64,000 nucleotides of DNA, taken from positions 31,515,967 to 31,579,966 of the forward strand of contig CM120640.1 in assembly GCA_051362555.1 (NCBI GenBank). The letters are read 5' to 3'. A program made the translations under genes and the position numbers. This document shows positions 1-12,653 of the stretch, one piece after another (within the stretch, counting starts at the first letter, position 1; the number at the start of each line of letters is the position of its first letter). The notes under the pieces were generated by a model, which was not told the DNA's origin, did not search any database, and was given only the letters and a program-made list of their open reading frames with translations. Source of the stretch: Lingula anatina (lineage: Eukaryota; Animalia; Brachiopoda).

Positions 1-634
1 ATTTACAATACCATTGATGTAAAATAAACCATTTTTCACCATCTTTTATGGGAAAAGTTTTTCCATTTCTTTCAATTTTTGAGTTTTGACATAATGGTTG
101 TGATAGGATTTCATCTGGGGTTAAATTGGGATATTCCTGAATTTCACTCAAAGAACCAATAATTGCCTAAAGGGATTAGAAGTTGCTTTTAGAATTTTTA
201 ATCTACCTTTTGTTACTACCGATTCCTGACATTTCACCAAGAAAAACTACTGTTCTTTTCATCATAAAGAAGTCTTTTAAACCATGTAAATTTTAGGGCC
301 TTGGTAAAAATTTTATTTATGGTACCTTTTACCGTCCATTTTTGTAATCAGACGTCATCCTTGCTCATTGTATTTTGTATCTTTTCCCATTCCTGATAAA
401 GTTAAGTGTGATATGCATATTTTTAAGTATTGAGGGAGGGGGGCTGGCAGGAGAGTTTATATATGCACTAAGATGAGAAATACTAAAGGTTTAACCACTG
501 CTGACTTTCCTATTATTGAAAGGTTTCTCAGAGATCAGATTTCCAAGATAATTTTCATTTTTTTCAATATTTTCTAAAAAGCTTTTTCATATTATTTTTT
601 ATCAGTTTCTTTTCTCTACCAAGTAACTAAAATA

Positions 635-995
635 CACCTTCATGGTTCTATTTTAATTCTTTTTGTTAATTAATGAAGTTCAAAGGTTTCTGTTCACACC
701 CAAAGGCCGTTCTAGATGCCATATCTTACTTCCACCAAGGCTGCTCTACAACAATATAAAAGAAGAGTAATCTTGCGAGATGAACATATCTAAATCAGCA
801 CTACGGTGCCATGTCATCAGATATCATGTGCTCATTCTGGTTGGACTTGTACGGAACTGTGGACCCTTGTGGACACATTTGCCAGAAGCTATTGTTCTGC
901 CCAGAGTTGCTGCAATGTGCATGTAGGTGCAGATGTAGAGGCTGACAATGTGCAAGGGCAAAATGCACTGTGTATTGCAAATAGCTCCTGCTTTT
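635..995 (+). mobile_element. Degenerate DNA-transposon ORF C-terminus (Academ/AcademX-like, Cys-rich zinc-finger end)
   Basis: Frame-hopping translation gives INEVQRFLFTPKGRS...LTSTKAALQQYKRRV...PLWTHLPEA...CPELLQCACRCRCRG*QCARAKCTVYC. This resembles the PPTxAALxQHxKRA / PLWTxLPEA / CxCxxxC C-terminus of large invertebrate transposon proteins. Stops and frameshifts are present. Family assignment is from memory, not a search. Confidence 0.5.
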
Positions 996-1826
996 AAAAT
1001 TCTCAGAGAAAGCGCCTTTTGCCCAACAAGTAAAGTTAATAGGCTGCAAGTCCGAGTGGGATTGAACTGACCTGAACCTTAGTTCATGTTGTAGAATAAA
1101 CCCATTGTTAACTTTACTGTGGAGTTATCTTATTCTCTAGCAGGTAGCACAGCAGTACAAAACAGTTTGCGTGGGATATTTAGGATATTCCAAAGAGCAA
1201 ACATTGTTTCTTTGTTATAGCACCATTTATTTTAATTTCCGCGCGACGTTCACGCCTACACATGAGTTCTTCCCCTCTTTAATACAAAGCCGAATCTGCC
1301 AGTTTTAGTTTTATCTATCTATCTATATATATATTCACTGAGCACACTAAGAAAACCAGTCGGAGCAAAATGTATGGTTTAGGCTTCCTACCATGTCAGC
1401 AATTACGATTGAGCTTATAATGCTAATAAAAGGCGTGTCTAAAGAGCTGGTAAAAACAGTTTCAGTCTACTTTCAAAATATCATACCATTATTCTTAACT
1501 TCCTAAAGGTTCAAGATCTAATGAGCGCAAGGCGGTTTCAGAGGTAGCGTCGGATCGGGGTGTTGTTCATAGCCGGTTAGTAGGTCTGCAGACGAAAAAT
1601 AAACAGGTGTTTTCGTTTCCAGTAGGGGCCGTATCAAAATGGCAAATTCATATTGCGTTATGAATAGGTAATTAATAAGTATGCAGTGTTAATTAAAAGA
1701 ACGTCCACTGCAAGAACTGAAAAATCGGCTGTCTTTTGTTTTATTTTGATTAATAATTTCGTTAGTCAAACTGTAAAATAAACAACCATCTGATCCCTGA
1801 ATACAGTATATGGATATTGCTTCAAA

Positions 1827-4134
1827 ATGGCGGCATGGCTGTGGTGTTTCGTCTCCTGGAGTGCAGTTGCGGTAGTAGTAGTGCAAGGTGGAGAGTAAGT
1901 AGTTTTACTCTATAGTTCACTGATAGTTTGTTTTATGTGGCTCGATATAAACGCATGGAACGCAATGTCCGTGCAATGCAAGTCTGGAGTTGGCTTCAAA
2001 ATCTTTCACTTATTCACAAACCAAGCTACAGACTACAGTGTATATATACAATGAGAAGTTCAAATGCTTGAACGTTACTATGAGGTACCGAGTACATGTA
2101 GTGTGTTAAATGCCAATTGCCTTTTTGATAATTTCTCCACTTTTTGACAGGATAGGAATGAAATCTCTTTTCCAATAGCAGACTTGTAACGGCATCTTTC
2201 TCTTCCACCACCTAAGATTTCTCATATAACAGTAACTATTTTGTTTATTTGGCTCGTTTACTTCTCGGAAAATCGCACTTTCAAGGACATATACAGGTTT
2301 TATCATTTTTCCTTTCTTTTCAGTATACGTTCCCTTTATGCAGATTTATTTCGAAACTACTTCAAGGATGTCCGTCCCTCAAAAACTGCATCAGAGCCAG
2401 CTGAGGTTACAATGAGTCTGGGTCTCCGCAGCATCGATTTTGATCCTAAGAAGGGGGCACTTAAAATAAACGCGTTGTTAAAATTGGTATGTTTTTCTTT
2501 TAAACTAAAGCAATCCTTTTTATTATTTCCAAGACCAATCCAAGCAATCAATAAATTTATATATAGAACCAGTTGAATCTAGTGTATTGCTGGCTTTTCA
2601 AACAGATAAGGCTCATATAGCTCACACCAAAGTTTGACGAGTCTTGGGGCTAAAGTTTTACCTCATTATTTCATGAGGCTCACAAGTATGCAGTAACCTA
2701 TGTCCTTAGACTATACAGTGCATGGAATTCAAAATGCTTCTTTTATTTTTATTGACTGCATTTATTTATTTATTCAGACCTGGATTGACTACAGATTACG
2801 GTGGTATCCACCATCTTACAAAAATGCCGATACAATTTATGTGAATGCAGACAAGTTATGGTTACCAGACATCGTACTGTACAACGCGTGAGTGTTTGAT
2901 GCTACATCTATACTGTATATGTGAGACACATAGAACTTGCACAGGGTGCTTGCTACAGTAATTTATTTTCCTCCCAAGGATTTTCTCTGTAAGTTTATAG
3001 GAGTATTAAAAACGACAGGAGGTATCTTGGAGGATTCGTTTTGCCCTTTGAATAGTAAAAGATTATATATTTGAAGAGGTGTTTGACATTTGTAGGCTTT
3101 GTGAAAGAAAGTTATGGTACAATTTATGACATACTGTAGTAGCACGAAAGCACATCTCTTTTTATTTTCATTTATTATTATTTCGCGAGCATTCTTTTAT
3201 TTGAAATGTTAACAATAATTCAGACAAATGAAGACGTATATCAGCTTATACTTCATCTGACATGATGTTATCACTTTTTATATCCTCTCTTTTCATGGCC
3301 CACAAAAACTTCCAAATAGCTAGGTTTTTTATTCCGTGCCTCGGAATTTATAGCTTGAAAATAACATTTTCTATCTTCTGACGTTTGAATCATGGCAAGT
3401 TCTGTTTATTTTGTTTTTTATTTTTACTTGCAAAATAAATCTGCCATCGAATCTGTGATCCCCGATTTCTTTTATAGAATGGCTCCAACAAGAGATGTGG
3501 TGAATGCTCTTGCCACGGTTTCACATGATGGACACGTGGTTTACAAGTCCAGCAAAATATACAGGTATCGAGAATAGTAGTTCAGAACTGTAGCAAGTAG
3601 AATTGATTGTAGCAAGTAGAATAGATTGATTCTACCAATATATGTATAGGTCCAACAGTATAAATTTCAAAATTCATTTTGACAAAATTTCATGAAGTTA
3701 GTTTCTCATGATAAAATGTATGTTAGAGCAAAATAAAATTTTGTAGGATCATAATAATTGGTGCTTTATTGTGTTTTACATTCCAAGTCTATGGCTATTT
3801 TTTAGTTTGATAAGCTCGGGCAGATATTAAGCTAAACATTTCTTCTTCCAATTTAAGTGCCATCTGTGATGCTGCATCTTCCTCCACTGTCCACCAATGC
3901 AATCTAAAATTTGGGTCTTGGATATACAGTGGCTATGAGCTTGACCTTGTGCTGGACGACATGGACAAAAACCAAACCTTCCCTTACGTGGACACTACTG
4001 ACTACGTGGAAAGTCACTTCCTGGAACTGATCGGTACCAACGCAACGCGGGTAGTAATGTACTATGCCTGTTGCCCGGAACCTTATGTCGATGTCCAATA
4101 TAGGCTCAATCTTCGTGTCAAAGGCGAAAAATAA
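1827..4134 (+). CDS. Secreted acetylcholine-binding-protein-like (nAChR ligand-binding domain only, alpha-type), 234 aa
   Basis: Exons 1827-1894, 2324-2486, 2778-2887, 3478-3564, 3858-4134 are all GT-AG and total 705 nt in frame. Signal peptide MAAWLWCFVSWSAVAVVVVQG; motifs WLPDIVLYN (loop A), C-x10-C Cys-loop, KFGSWIY (loop B), YYACCPEPY (loop C). The stop follows the last beta strand (LRVKGEK*), with no TM helices. Confidence 0.9.
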
Positions 4135-4879
4135 TAACTTTTTTACCAAAACCAAAAAAGATAACTTGACTGACAAAACTAAAGAGTCTATTTCTTAAAT
4201 ACTTGAGGAAAATATTGACCGTACCTTAAGGAAAATTGCTGCTGTAATGCGCTTAGCAAAGATTTGTATTGTAAGGTGGGTCTCGCTCGTCTCGTCGTTT
4301 AGTGGCGTGTAGTCAACACTGCTATATATCTTCTCTTTAAGAAATAAATACTGCAGTGGCTTTTATGAAAGTCATTACTTGACGATACTAGACGGGTGGG
4401 TAATATGGCTGACGACAAGGTTTATACCCTGGCAGTTGGAATATAAAGGAAAGTCTAGTAATGATAATCGTCGTACATCTTACGCAGTAAAAAGTTCTTC
4501 TGTGAAGTGCATTCAGTTATCAACGTTAGGTCAATAAGCGACAGTTTATATGATTTTTTTTTTCATTATACTTCATATATCGAGTGCAATAGTTTGACGC
4601 TGCAGAGGGACTGATTTAATAAAAGGAATATTGCAAATGTAATGCTCAACCAAGGCCTGCTAAACCCTCTGAAATTGTTGGTCTACGTCTGTATTTTTCC
4701 TGATAAAATGAACTTATTTAATAATGTTTGGTTAAACAACAATTAGACTAACCAAATTACATTAGCAATTTGCAGAGACCAAACAAGCAGTATATTTCAT
4801 TTGGCCATGCGCAAACACGATGTATGTCATGTTAAATGTAAACCTAAGGTCCATTTTCTTATTTTGCATACATATATAC

Positions 4880-4915
4880 AGAGCGAGAGAGAGAGAAAGA
4901 GAGAGAGAGAGAGAA
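4880..4915. repeat. (GA)n microsatellite
   Basis: Direct reading. Confidence 0.85.
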
Positions 4916-5307
4916 ACGATAATGGGTGCTGATTGGTCTCTGCAGTGTTTTAAAAGCAAAGTATAATATACCTCTGTACATTTTCATTTCGTAAGAGTTG
5001 TGTTGGCAAAGTACAGAGAACATTTTACAGCCTGCGTAGTCGAGAATAAAAAGGTTACTTAGGTGATAAAAAATAACATCTTTTTTGCCCAATATATAAA
5101 ATAGTCTTACGGGTGTGGCTTATACTAGAAAACTGCCATAACCAGCAAGTGAAGGGTAAAGGTATTGTTTATTTTGAATAAAGGTTTAAGCATGATATAG
5201 ACCTTCTAAGATGCCTAAACAGCTTCTACAAGAGGCAACAGCAAAAATTTATTGACTTCTGTTTATAATAATAATAAAAAAAACAGCTGGACGAGTGTAA
5301 ATCAATC

Positions 5308-5345
<38 letters not shown>

Positions 5346-5582
5346 CGGAAACGGCGCATTTCACAAATACTCGGCCAGTATAGATAAACCTAGTTTAACG
5401 CATATTACAAAAACCCACTGCATTGAAAAGAATCTATTGACATTCAACTTGTAGCTGAACATCCTTTCCAAATGTGTTTCCAAATTCCACAACCAATATA
5501 TATATATACCGAACTCAACCCATAAATCGCATGCCATACGTATACCGCCCCTTTCTCATTAGAGTAGAATTGATCTCGCAAG

Positions 5583-5970
5583 ATGGCGACCTGGGGAACC
5601 ACTATGCTGCTAAATCTGCTCTTTATCCATTGCATGACAGTATGGGCGCTCGTCCTAGCTCAAGGAGCAGAGTGAGTATTTTTTCTTTCACACAGGAGCT
5701 GAAGCACCTTTTGAACATTCTTAAACAGCAACCCAGCAGACAAACGACATTGATTCACCGTTGAATCAACATTAATTTTGGTGGATCAACGTTGAATCAA
5801 CGTAGAATCAATGTCGTTTGGCTGCTGGGAAGGTTTTGCTGAAACAAAAGCATATTTTGTCCAGAAAGTAGATGATACGCCTTAATCTAATCGATCTCGG
5901 CAGATCGTGTGCAGTAACCTTTTCGAGCTCGTGTGTTATTCATTGGGTAATATCAGTCAGTGATCAGTTA

Positions 5971-6008
<38 letters not shown>

Positions 6009-6657
6009 GTAGTATCAGATATATTGCTTATATATGTTTTTAGATCTACTAAATATATATGCTCATACACGTATCGTAATGCATGGCTTAAGAAAAAATT
6101 CAAGGCTGGTCACCACCTGTAAATCAAAGTATTGTTGTTTTGCTTTTTCTGCTGGCATTTAATGCTTAAAAGTCGATGGAAAAACCACACGAAACGCTGA
6201 CCACCATGGGGAATAAAGTATAGGACCTACTATATTTTATATCCTCATTATTCTGTGTTTCAGTGAGGCAAGACTCCAAGACTCGCTGTTCCGGGATTAT
6301 TTTAAGGATGTCATTCCATCGGAAAACCCGGAGGCTCCACTTCAAGTTACACTGAGTTTAAAACTGATAAAGATCCTGGATTTCGACGTGAAAAGACAGT
6401 ACATTTCCTTTGTAGCATGGCAAACAATGGTAGTTGATTTTCCCGTTTCTTGTAAAAATCGATGTGTTCATAAGATAATAGGAGAACTCAGTAGACTGCA
6501 AATACTATTGCATGTACATAAAGAGAATTTCTCTACTTCTCACCATGCGAAAAATGAAAATATAGACAATTTGGGGCATTTTCAGCTATCGCAGGCCTCA
6601 GTTCAGGTGTGGTTTATAAAATCCGCCAAATTGACGCAAATTGCAAATTGCAAAAAA

Positions 6658-6713
<56 letters not shown>

Positions 6714-7792
6714 ATAAATAAATAAAATAAAATAAAATAAAGTAAAATAAATAAATAAATAAACTAGTTTTGTCAAGGCTTTGTATCAACTCCTTGGTTA
6801 TATCAAGAACTGAACAGTGCAATTTTAGCATCTACACAATTCATTACGTAATCTCAGTCAGCATACTCACATACCCCTAGCTGATATCTTATTTACCAAA
6901 TTGCTAATTGAGACTAAGTATTTTTTTTATTTCAGATGTGGAAAGCTGACAATCTTCAATGGACTCCAGCCTCTTTCAATGACGTGCGCAGCATTGTCGT
7001 GGCGGCCTCTAAAATATGGGTGCCGGATATTCAGCTGATGAACGCGTGAGTGAAACTTAACTTGGCACCGTTTCTCAACATAACAAGACGTATGTTAGCT
7101 TTCTGCCATTTAATCAAGAGAACATCCCGTTGCTGTAGATGTTTCCTGTAGTGTTTGGCGGCGATGAGTACTCTGTACCAGCATGGCAGCGTTGTTTGAT
7201 GTCTTTTCCCCACCTGGCAAGATTATCGTGATGTAATGATACACATAATTCACATTTATACTAAAAATGACGGCTTAAAATTGTTTTCTTTATTTCTTTT
7301 AAATCTCAGAGCTGCATCAACGGAAGATATCATGACTCATGCAAATGTTCGACTGTCCAACAATGGCAAAGCCTTTTATGTTCAGTCTAAGAAATACACG
7401 TAAGTGATTTTTTTTCGTTCGGTATCAGTACTCTTTAACCGAGGCCCCTCCAGCTGTTACAAAACAGATTTGTAGAGAGTACCATATCAGTGCTTGCTAC
7501 CCTACTGCTGGGGCGATAATTTACTGATCCAAGTGACCACTGTTGCAAGCCAGTGTCAGAAGAGTATGCGGGATTTTTATACAGATCTTATAAACGGATT
7601 TGGCGTTTCCAAACTCGAGTCTCAGGGACCATTCCCACCGATATTTGGATCTATCTAACTCCCTGGGGGGGGGGGGTCTCACTAAATTTAGGAGACCCCC
7701 AGGGAGTTAGACCGATCCAGATAGATTATCGTTTATTATTATTGTGTCTCGTCTACTTGCAGTTAATCACTGCATATCGTAGCACCTTTCTC

Positions 7793-7835
<43 letters not shown>

Positions 7836-9659
7836 TTTTAATGAAAATCATTATTTCTTTCGATTTTTTGTTTATTCTTTATCTGTTTATATATCTATTT
7901 ATCTGTTATTATTATTATTCTTATTATTATTATTATTATTATTATTATTTTTATGCAAATTTCAGAGCTAGCTGCGCCACAGATCTTAATGACGAGGTTC
8001 ACGAGTGTAAGCTGAAGTTCGCGTCCTGGGTTTATCCCGGCGACCAGCTGGACTTGGTCGGGGACGACCTCGACCTGACCGAATATAGCGCTGAGATGGA
8101 ATGGAAATTGCTGAACGCCACGACGGTGCGTAACGCTAATAAAACTATCCCTGACATAACCTACACACTCAGGCTAAGCAGGGATCGTTCAGCAGGTGAG
8201 GCAAGATACGAATTAAAGACATTTGTTAAGATGGGCTTTTCTCTGAACACCCAAACCCAGTATAGAGGTGCAAATGATGTCATAGGCATGCTCTTAAAAA
8301 TATATTCAGTGTACAGATTCCACACTATGTTTGATTATTTAAGGTCCCACAACTTGTATCAGAGTTTCACTCTCCTGGTACCATGAATAATAAAAAACAA
8401 TTCATCGTCTAGCCCCACAAAAGGAACATACGTTACTGTCTCAAATGCAGCTGTGAACGGTTTACTCACTTTGTCATCACTTTGTCATCACTGGCTTTGT
8501 TCTTTGATTTGTCTCCTACAAGTAAAACGTTGTAAAAATCATGATAATCTTCTGTATAGAGCAGTTGTTTTTGTTAATTGTTTTTGAGCGACTTGAGTTT
8601 TGCTTGTCACTGAATATTAAAAAAAAACGTGGAAAATACACCCTACCGACAGTAAAATAAACATTAAATAAACTACGTATTTTCCATTCGTGGTCCAAAT
8701 ATTGTATCAGAAATACCAAACTATCATGGAATCAATATAAATTTTCAGTCAGCAACAAAAATCCCCGTTTCCTATTCCACCAAGTACTTGGGTAAAATGG
8801 AACTTTCTGACAATTTGTCTGGGGAACATACGTCACATAGTATAAACCATGACGCAAAGCCCTTCGAGTTACAGTTAAAATATGTATAAAACATCCTTAC
8901 GTTATGTATAATTTACCTTGACTGAATCACTAAAACATATATCGGAAAGCGATATAAAAATTCAATCAAATGACCCGGAATAAAGACATGGTAAAAACTA
9001 AAAATTAAATTAAAATTATCAGTCGAGGATTTTTGTTCTATACACACATATGCTTTAAAATTGAATACAACTGTATTCATTCAATTTTACTGTTTGGACA
9101 CTTCAAGCATGTGAAATGCACCTGTGTATTAGGTTTGGGTGTGAAATGAAATATCTTATAATAGCAAAATTTATTTTAAAAGAATATATTACCATGTTTA
9201 CTACGGATATGTTACAACAAAACACTGTCTTCTTTACATTGTGCAGATACAAAAGGGAATTTACGAAATCTATTTTTTGCAATACGAGACAAAAACACGA
9301 GAAAGTTTTTGATTAATTATAAATTCTGAACAGAAACATTTGCATGAGATACGAAAAATTGGTTTTTGGATGTCATGCTTATTTTAAAAGCGTCATTTAG
9401 TGGGCTGCGAGTTGGACCTATTACAAAATACATTGTGACCTTTCTCTCTGTACATTTTTCTTCCTAAGTAAACCGACCACTTGCCATTTCAAGAACTTGA
9501 GATCGATAGCTATAGGACATATACAAAACATTGGCAGTCATAATGCAGAATATTTTTCTCTCAATTTCAGACGCTGGACCCGTAAGCTTAGGAGCGTCTC
9601 ACATCATCACGTGGCAGCTATGGATTCTAGTAGCACTAGCTTTAGCTTGGCAGCAATAG
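5583..9659 (+). CDS. AChBP-like protein 2 (non-alpha type, loop C truncated) with C-terminal hydrophobic, putative GPI-anchor tail, 257 aa
   Basis: Exons 5583-5671, 6264-6429, 6936-7045, 7310-7399, 7966-8195, 9571-9659 total 774 nt in frame. The first four intron positions and phases match gene 1. Signal peptide MATWGTTMLLNLLFIHCMTVWALVLA; WVPDIQLMN; C-x10-C; KFASWVY; no vicinal CC. The last exon encodes DAGPVSLGASHIITWQLWILVALALAWQQ* and is less certain than the rest. Confidence 0.82.
5732..5829. mobile_element. Short palindromic MITE-like element in intron 1 of AChBP-like 2
   Basis: CCCAGCAGACAAACGACATTGATTC ... GAATCAATGTCGTTTGGCTGCTGGG terminal inverted repeat with internal (CGTTGAATCAA) repeats. 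Confidence 0.65.
5973..6007. repeat. (CA)n microsatellite
   Basis: Direct reading. Confidence 0.9.
6653..6762. repeat. (AAAT)n/(AAT)n low-complexity repeat
   Basis: Direct reading. Confidence 0.9.
7625..7725. mobile_element. Truncated PIF/Harbinger-like MITE (same family as 10262-10625 and 23456-23913)
   Basis: Starts GGGACCATTCCCAC, the reverse complement of the right end at 23900-23913, followed by the shared GATCTATCTAACTCCCTGGGG...CTCACTAAAT core. Confidence 0.6.
7793..7950. repeat. (ATTT)n/(ATT)n microsatellite tract
   Basis: Direct reading; produces the spurious FIYL/poly-Y stretch in ORF 7553..8386. Confidence 0.9.
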
Positions 9660-10261
9660 CAACCATTATATTAAGGAATTCATTCGAAGTGCCTGTTACT
9701 TATATGTAAACCGATCTCAAGTGGTGCCAAAATGGAAATGCGTCAATACCATAGATCGCTGCCATGCAAGGGCAGTTGAGATAGCATCAATTGTTTAATA
9801 TGATATTAATATTAGTAAAGAGAAATATGTTAGATCTGTATTTTATGCTGAAGTCCAATCTCTCAGTGGCTTCATTTTGTTACCCCCTAAACAGTCATAC
9901 CAACCCCTTCACGTTTTTTATGTTGTAAGTTGATGCTGCTAGCCATCTGTTTAGCTATGATTCATCTCTTCCAAAACCAATCAATTTTCCATTCCTGTGC
10001 CCTACATTATGGTATTTTTGCTTTGTGACCCCCTACAACCTATACTATCAGAATCCTGGATCCGCAAACGATAACTAGTAGGAAATGAGTTTTCAAATTT
10101 TGAGTATATATGGTGGAATAAAAAATGTCATGTTTTGGAGAAATGTGTTATTGATTGGTGGAAGCTGCATTATTGTAATGTGGTGTATTAAACTGGCGCT
10201 TTTCCATTATCTTAGTTCACATGGAAAATCTATTTTCTAAAAATCTATTTTCGGAACCTTA

Positions 10262-10625
10262 GACCCCATTCCCACAGAATTTAGATCGATCTAACCCTTT
10301 GGGGAGTCTCACTAGATTACTGTCAGCTTAGCTGGCTTAAGCGTCTGCCCCGCCTACTAAAAGCTCTTAGACTGGTTTCCCATCCCTAGATCGATCTAAC
10401 AGGATCGGTCCATCTCCACGGGGTCCCTCGCTAAATTGCTTTCAGCCCAAGCAGCTTAGACGTCTGGGACGCCCACTAAAGCTGCTAAACGATAGTTAAT
10501 TACCCTCTAACAGCCACAGCAGGCGTGACAGACATCTAAACCTCCCAAGTTAATTGCAATTAAGCGAGAATCCCCTCGGGGGTAGTTCGAAGCAAATCAG
10601 TACGATAGTCTCTGGGAATAATCTC
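10262..10625. mobile_element. Two adjacent PIF/Harbinger-like MITE units (first truncated) separated by TTA
   Basis: TTA|GACCCCATTCCCA... then TTA(10367-10369)|GACTGGTTTCCCA...CTCTGGGAATAATCTC; the internal TAGATCGATCTA and GCTGTCAG/CTGACAG-type inverted motifs are shared with 23456-23913. Confidence 0.65.
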
Positions 10626-10822
10626 TCAGACAGTTGAATCTGAGGAAAAACCACTTGTACACAAAAAGAAGGACATAACTTCATTAAAACTGAACCGATC
10701 AAGTTTTTTTGACTTGATCCGAATAAAAGTCCTGTGAATCAGTGCTACAAGCTTTGATGTCAATTCTGTATATTTATTTATTTATCTTTTTTGCTCAGAC
10801 TGTTTAAGGGGATTTGAACTGC

Positions 10823-10954
10823 GCTCTGTTAGTATCATATTAACTTTTTTCTATTTTCATTTAAGTTTTATTTTATGGAATTTTCACCGCGGTGAAAATT
10901 ATTTCTACCGCGAACTATGAAAATAGAAAAAAGTTACTATGATACTAACAAAGC
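10823..10954. mobile_element. Foldback/MITE-like palindrome
   Basis: GCTCTGTTAGTATCATATTAACTTTTTTCTATTTTCAT ... ATGAAAATAGAAAAAAGTTACTATGATACTAACAAAGC with an internal palindrome AATTTTCACCGCGGTGAAAATT. Confidence 0.6.
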
Positions 10955-12653
10955 TCTGTAGATTTGTAATTAATTGTTTCCTCGTCCATCTTGCTTAGGG
11001 TCATTGTATCTGTCTATTTTGATGTCCGTGCCATGTTGATTGTGTGGCATTTTTATTCACCTTCACGTATCTTTGGGGAAAATTTTGACAATATTTAGCT
11101 TCGCTATTAGATATGGAGAAGCATGGGCTTCGGACGCCTGCACTATTAAATATTATGAAACGATCTGACTGAAGATAAAATCTAGTAACTCCAAAAAAAA
11201 AAACAAAAAAAAACAAAATTGTTTAACTGGATACAGAATAGTTGGTCAAACAGTTTGTTTTGTTCAACCACTTAATTAAAACCGCTGATAACTGATAAAA
11301 AACCACAAGCGTCCTAACTCCGAAATGAGTCATCCAGTACTATCAGATGTCTCTGAATAAGTCGAAGAAGAGGGTCTCCATGGGTATTTTTGTACCAGTG
11401 AAAGCCACTTTTCTGTCCAACTTTTTATTTCCCCGAGATGCACGACTCATGAATGCGGCTTTTTATTCTTGGCCCTTCGCGAACGAAGTCATTATACCCG
11501 GTGATAGTTCATTTTCAGGATTTTTGATCTGAATAAGGTTGATTTACGGTGCTTTGTGAGTTGATGATTTTATTTCCCCTTGAACCGTGATCACTACCCC
11601 CACTGAACCCTCGAAGAACCACCCATGTCGACAGTAATACGTTAGCGTAAAGCGTGCTTATCTGAGAATCAAATAAACAATCGGCCCGTAAAGATGTCCA
11701 CGGTCTCCTGATTGATGTTATGATAATGTGAAGGTTTGGCAAAAAATGCAAAATCCAGTGCAGTCAGGGATGGAAAAATCTTAGTGCAGGGCTAAAGTTG
11801 AAGAAGCAGGCCACGAAGTGGTAAAAAATAAAAAATGCCCAGTTATTTAGATTTTAAAAGTTTTTGTTCCTTTTGTTTAGTGTTAAAAGTGTCAATCTCA
11901 TTATTTTCGTTCATTTAGAGCGCTGTTTGTTCATCGTGTTTTCCTCTGTACCTCAATATAAACTTGTCAACAAAATTCTTTGTCGCCTTTTGCTATTACG
12001 AGCCCCAGTGAGCCTCCGTTCGCATATATATTTTATCTTATCAATAGAAAATTAAATACGTATACGCAGAATATTTTCTTGCATTCAGTGGCGCTTTTTT
12101 TCTGAATTTTCGTGTAAGAATATAGACAGTTTTTCGTAGAAGCGGTCAGGTGGGAAGAAAAGAAATATCTGACCAGAAACCATAACAAGGTGTGCTGTTC
12201 AGGAGTGACTATCTTCAAGTACGAACCTCAAGAAGATCAAGAAGATATAAGGCCCTGTGCTTATCAAAAAAAGTTCTCGTGTGAATTCAGTGCATTATAC
12301 TGCGATTTTCAATTTGATTATAGTTTGATTATAAAACACGCCCACGGACCACAGGCTACTCGATCACCTAACGATAAATCTAATCAGTAAGTTCTTATTG
12401 CGATGGCTGTTAGTTATGATCTCAGACACCAAAAGCCACGTCGTGTTCGGAAAGCGAGTAGTTTAATTTATACCAAATGTGTCGGACGTAATGAACACTT
12501 GCGAACACTGTGCCAAAGTTAGCAAAAAATCATACCTGTCAGATGTGCATTTTGACATTTTAACATATCTTCCATAACGCGTTATGTTGTTCATTTCACT
12601 GTTTTTGTTTGCACACATTCTTAATTAATATTCACGTCATGATGTCCCCTTGA

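Noticed and set aside
806-997. Cys-rich 63-aa ORF as a metallothionein or toxin
   Set aside because: No signal peptide, and the Cys pattern is better explained by a frameshifted transposon tail.
3858-4400. Gene 1 as a full nAChR with downstream TM exons
   Set aside because: In-frame stop right after the LBD, no good donor before it, AATAAA at ~4343, Cys-loop lacks FPFD, and no TM exons were seen before gene 2.
7553-7965. Hydrophobic N-terminus of the 277-aa ORF as TM segments
   Set aside because: It is translated MITE plus (ATTT)n/(ATT)n intron; the true exon starts at the acceptor at 7965.
8196-8386. Read-through C-terminus for AChBP-like 2
   Set aside because: A good donor at 8195 and an in-frame terminal exon at 9571 fit better. 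Read-through remains possible as a minor isoform.
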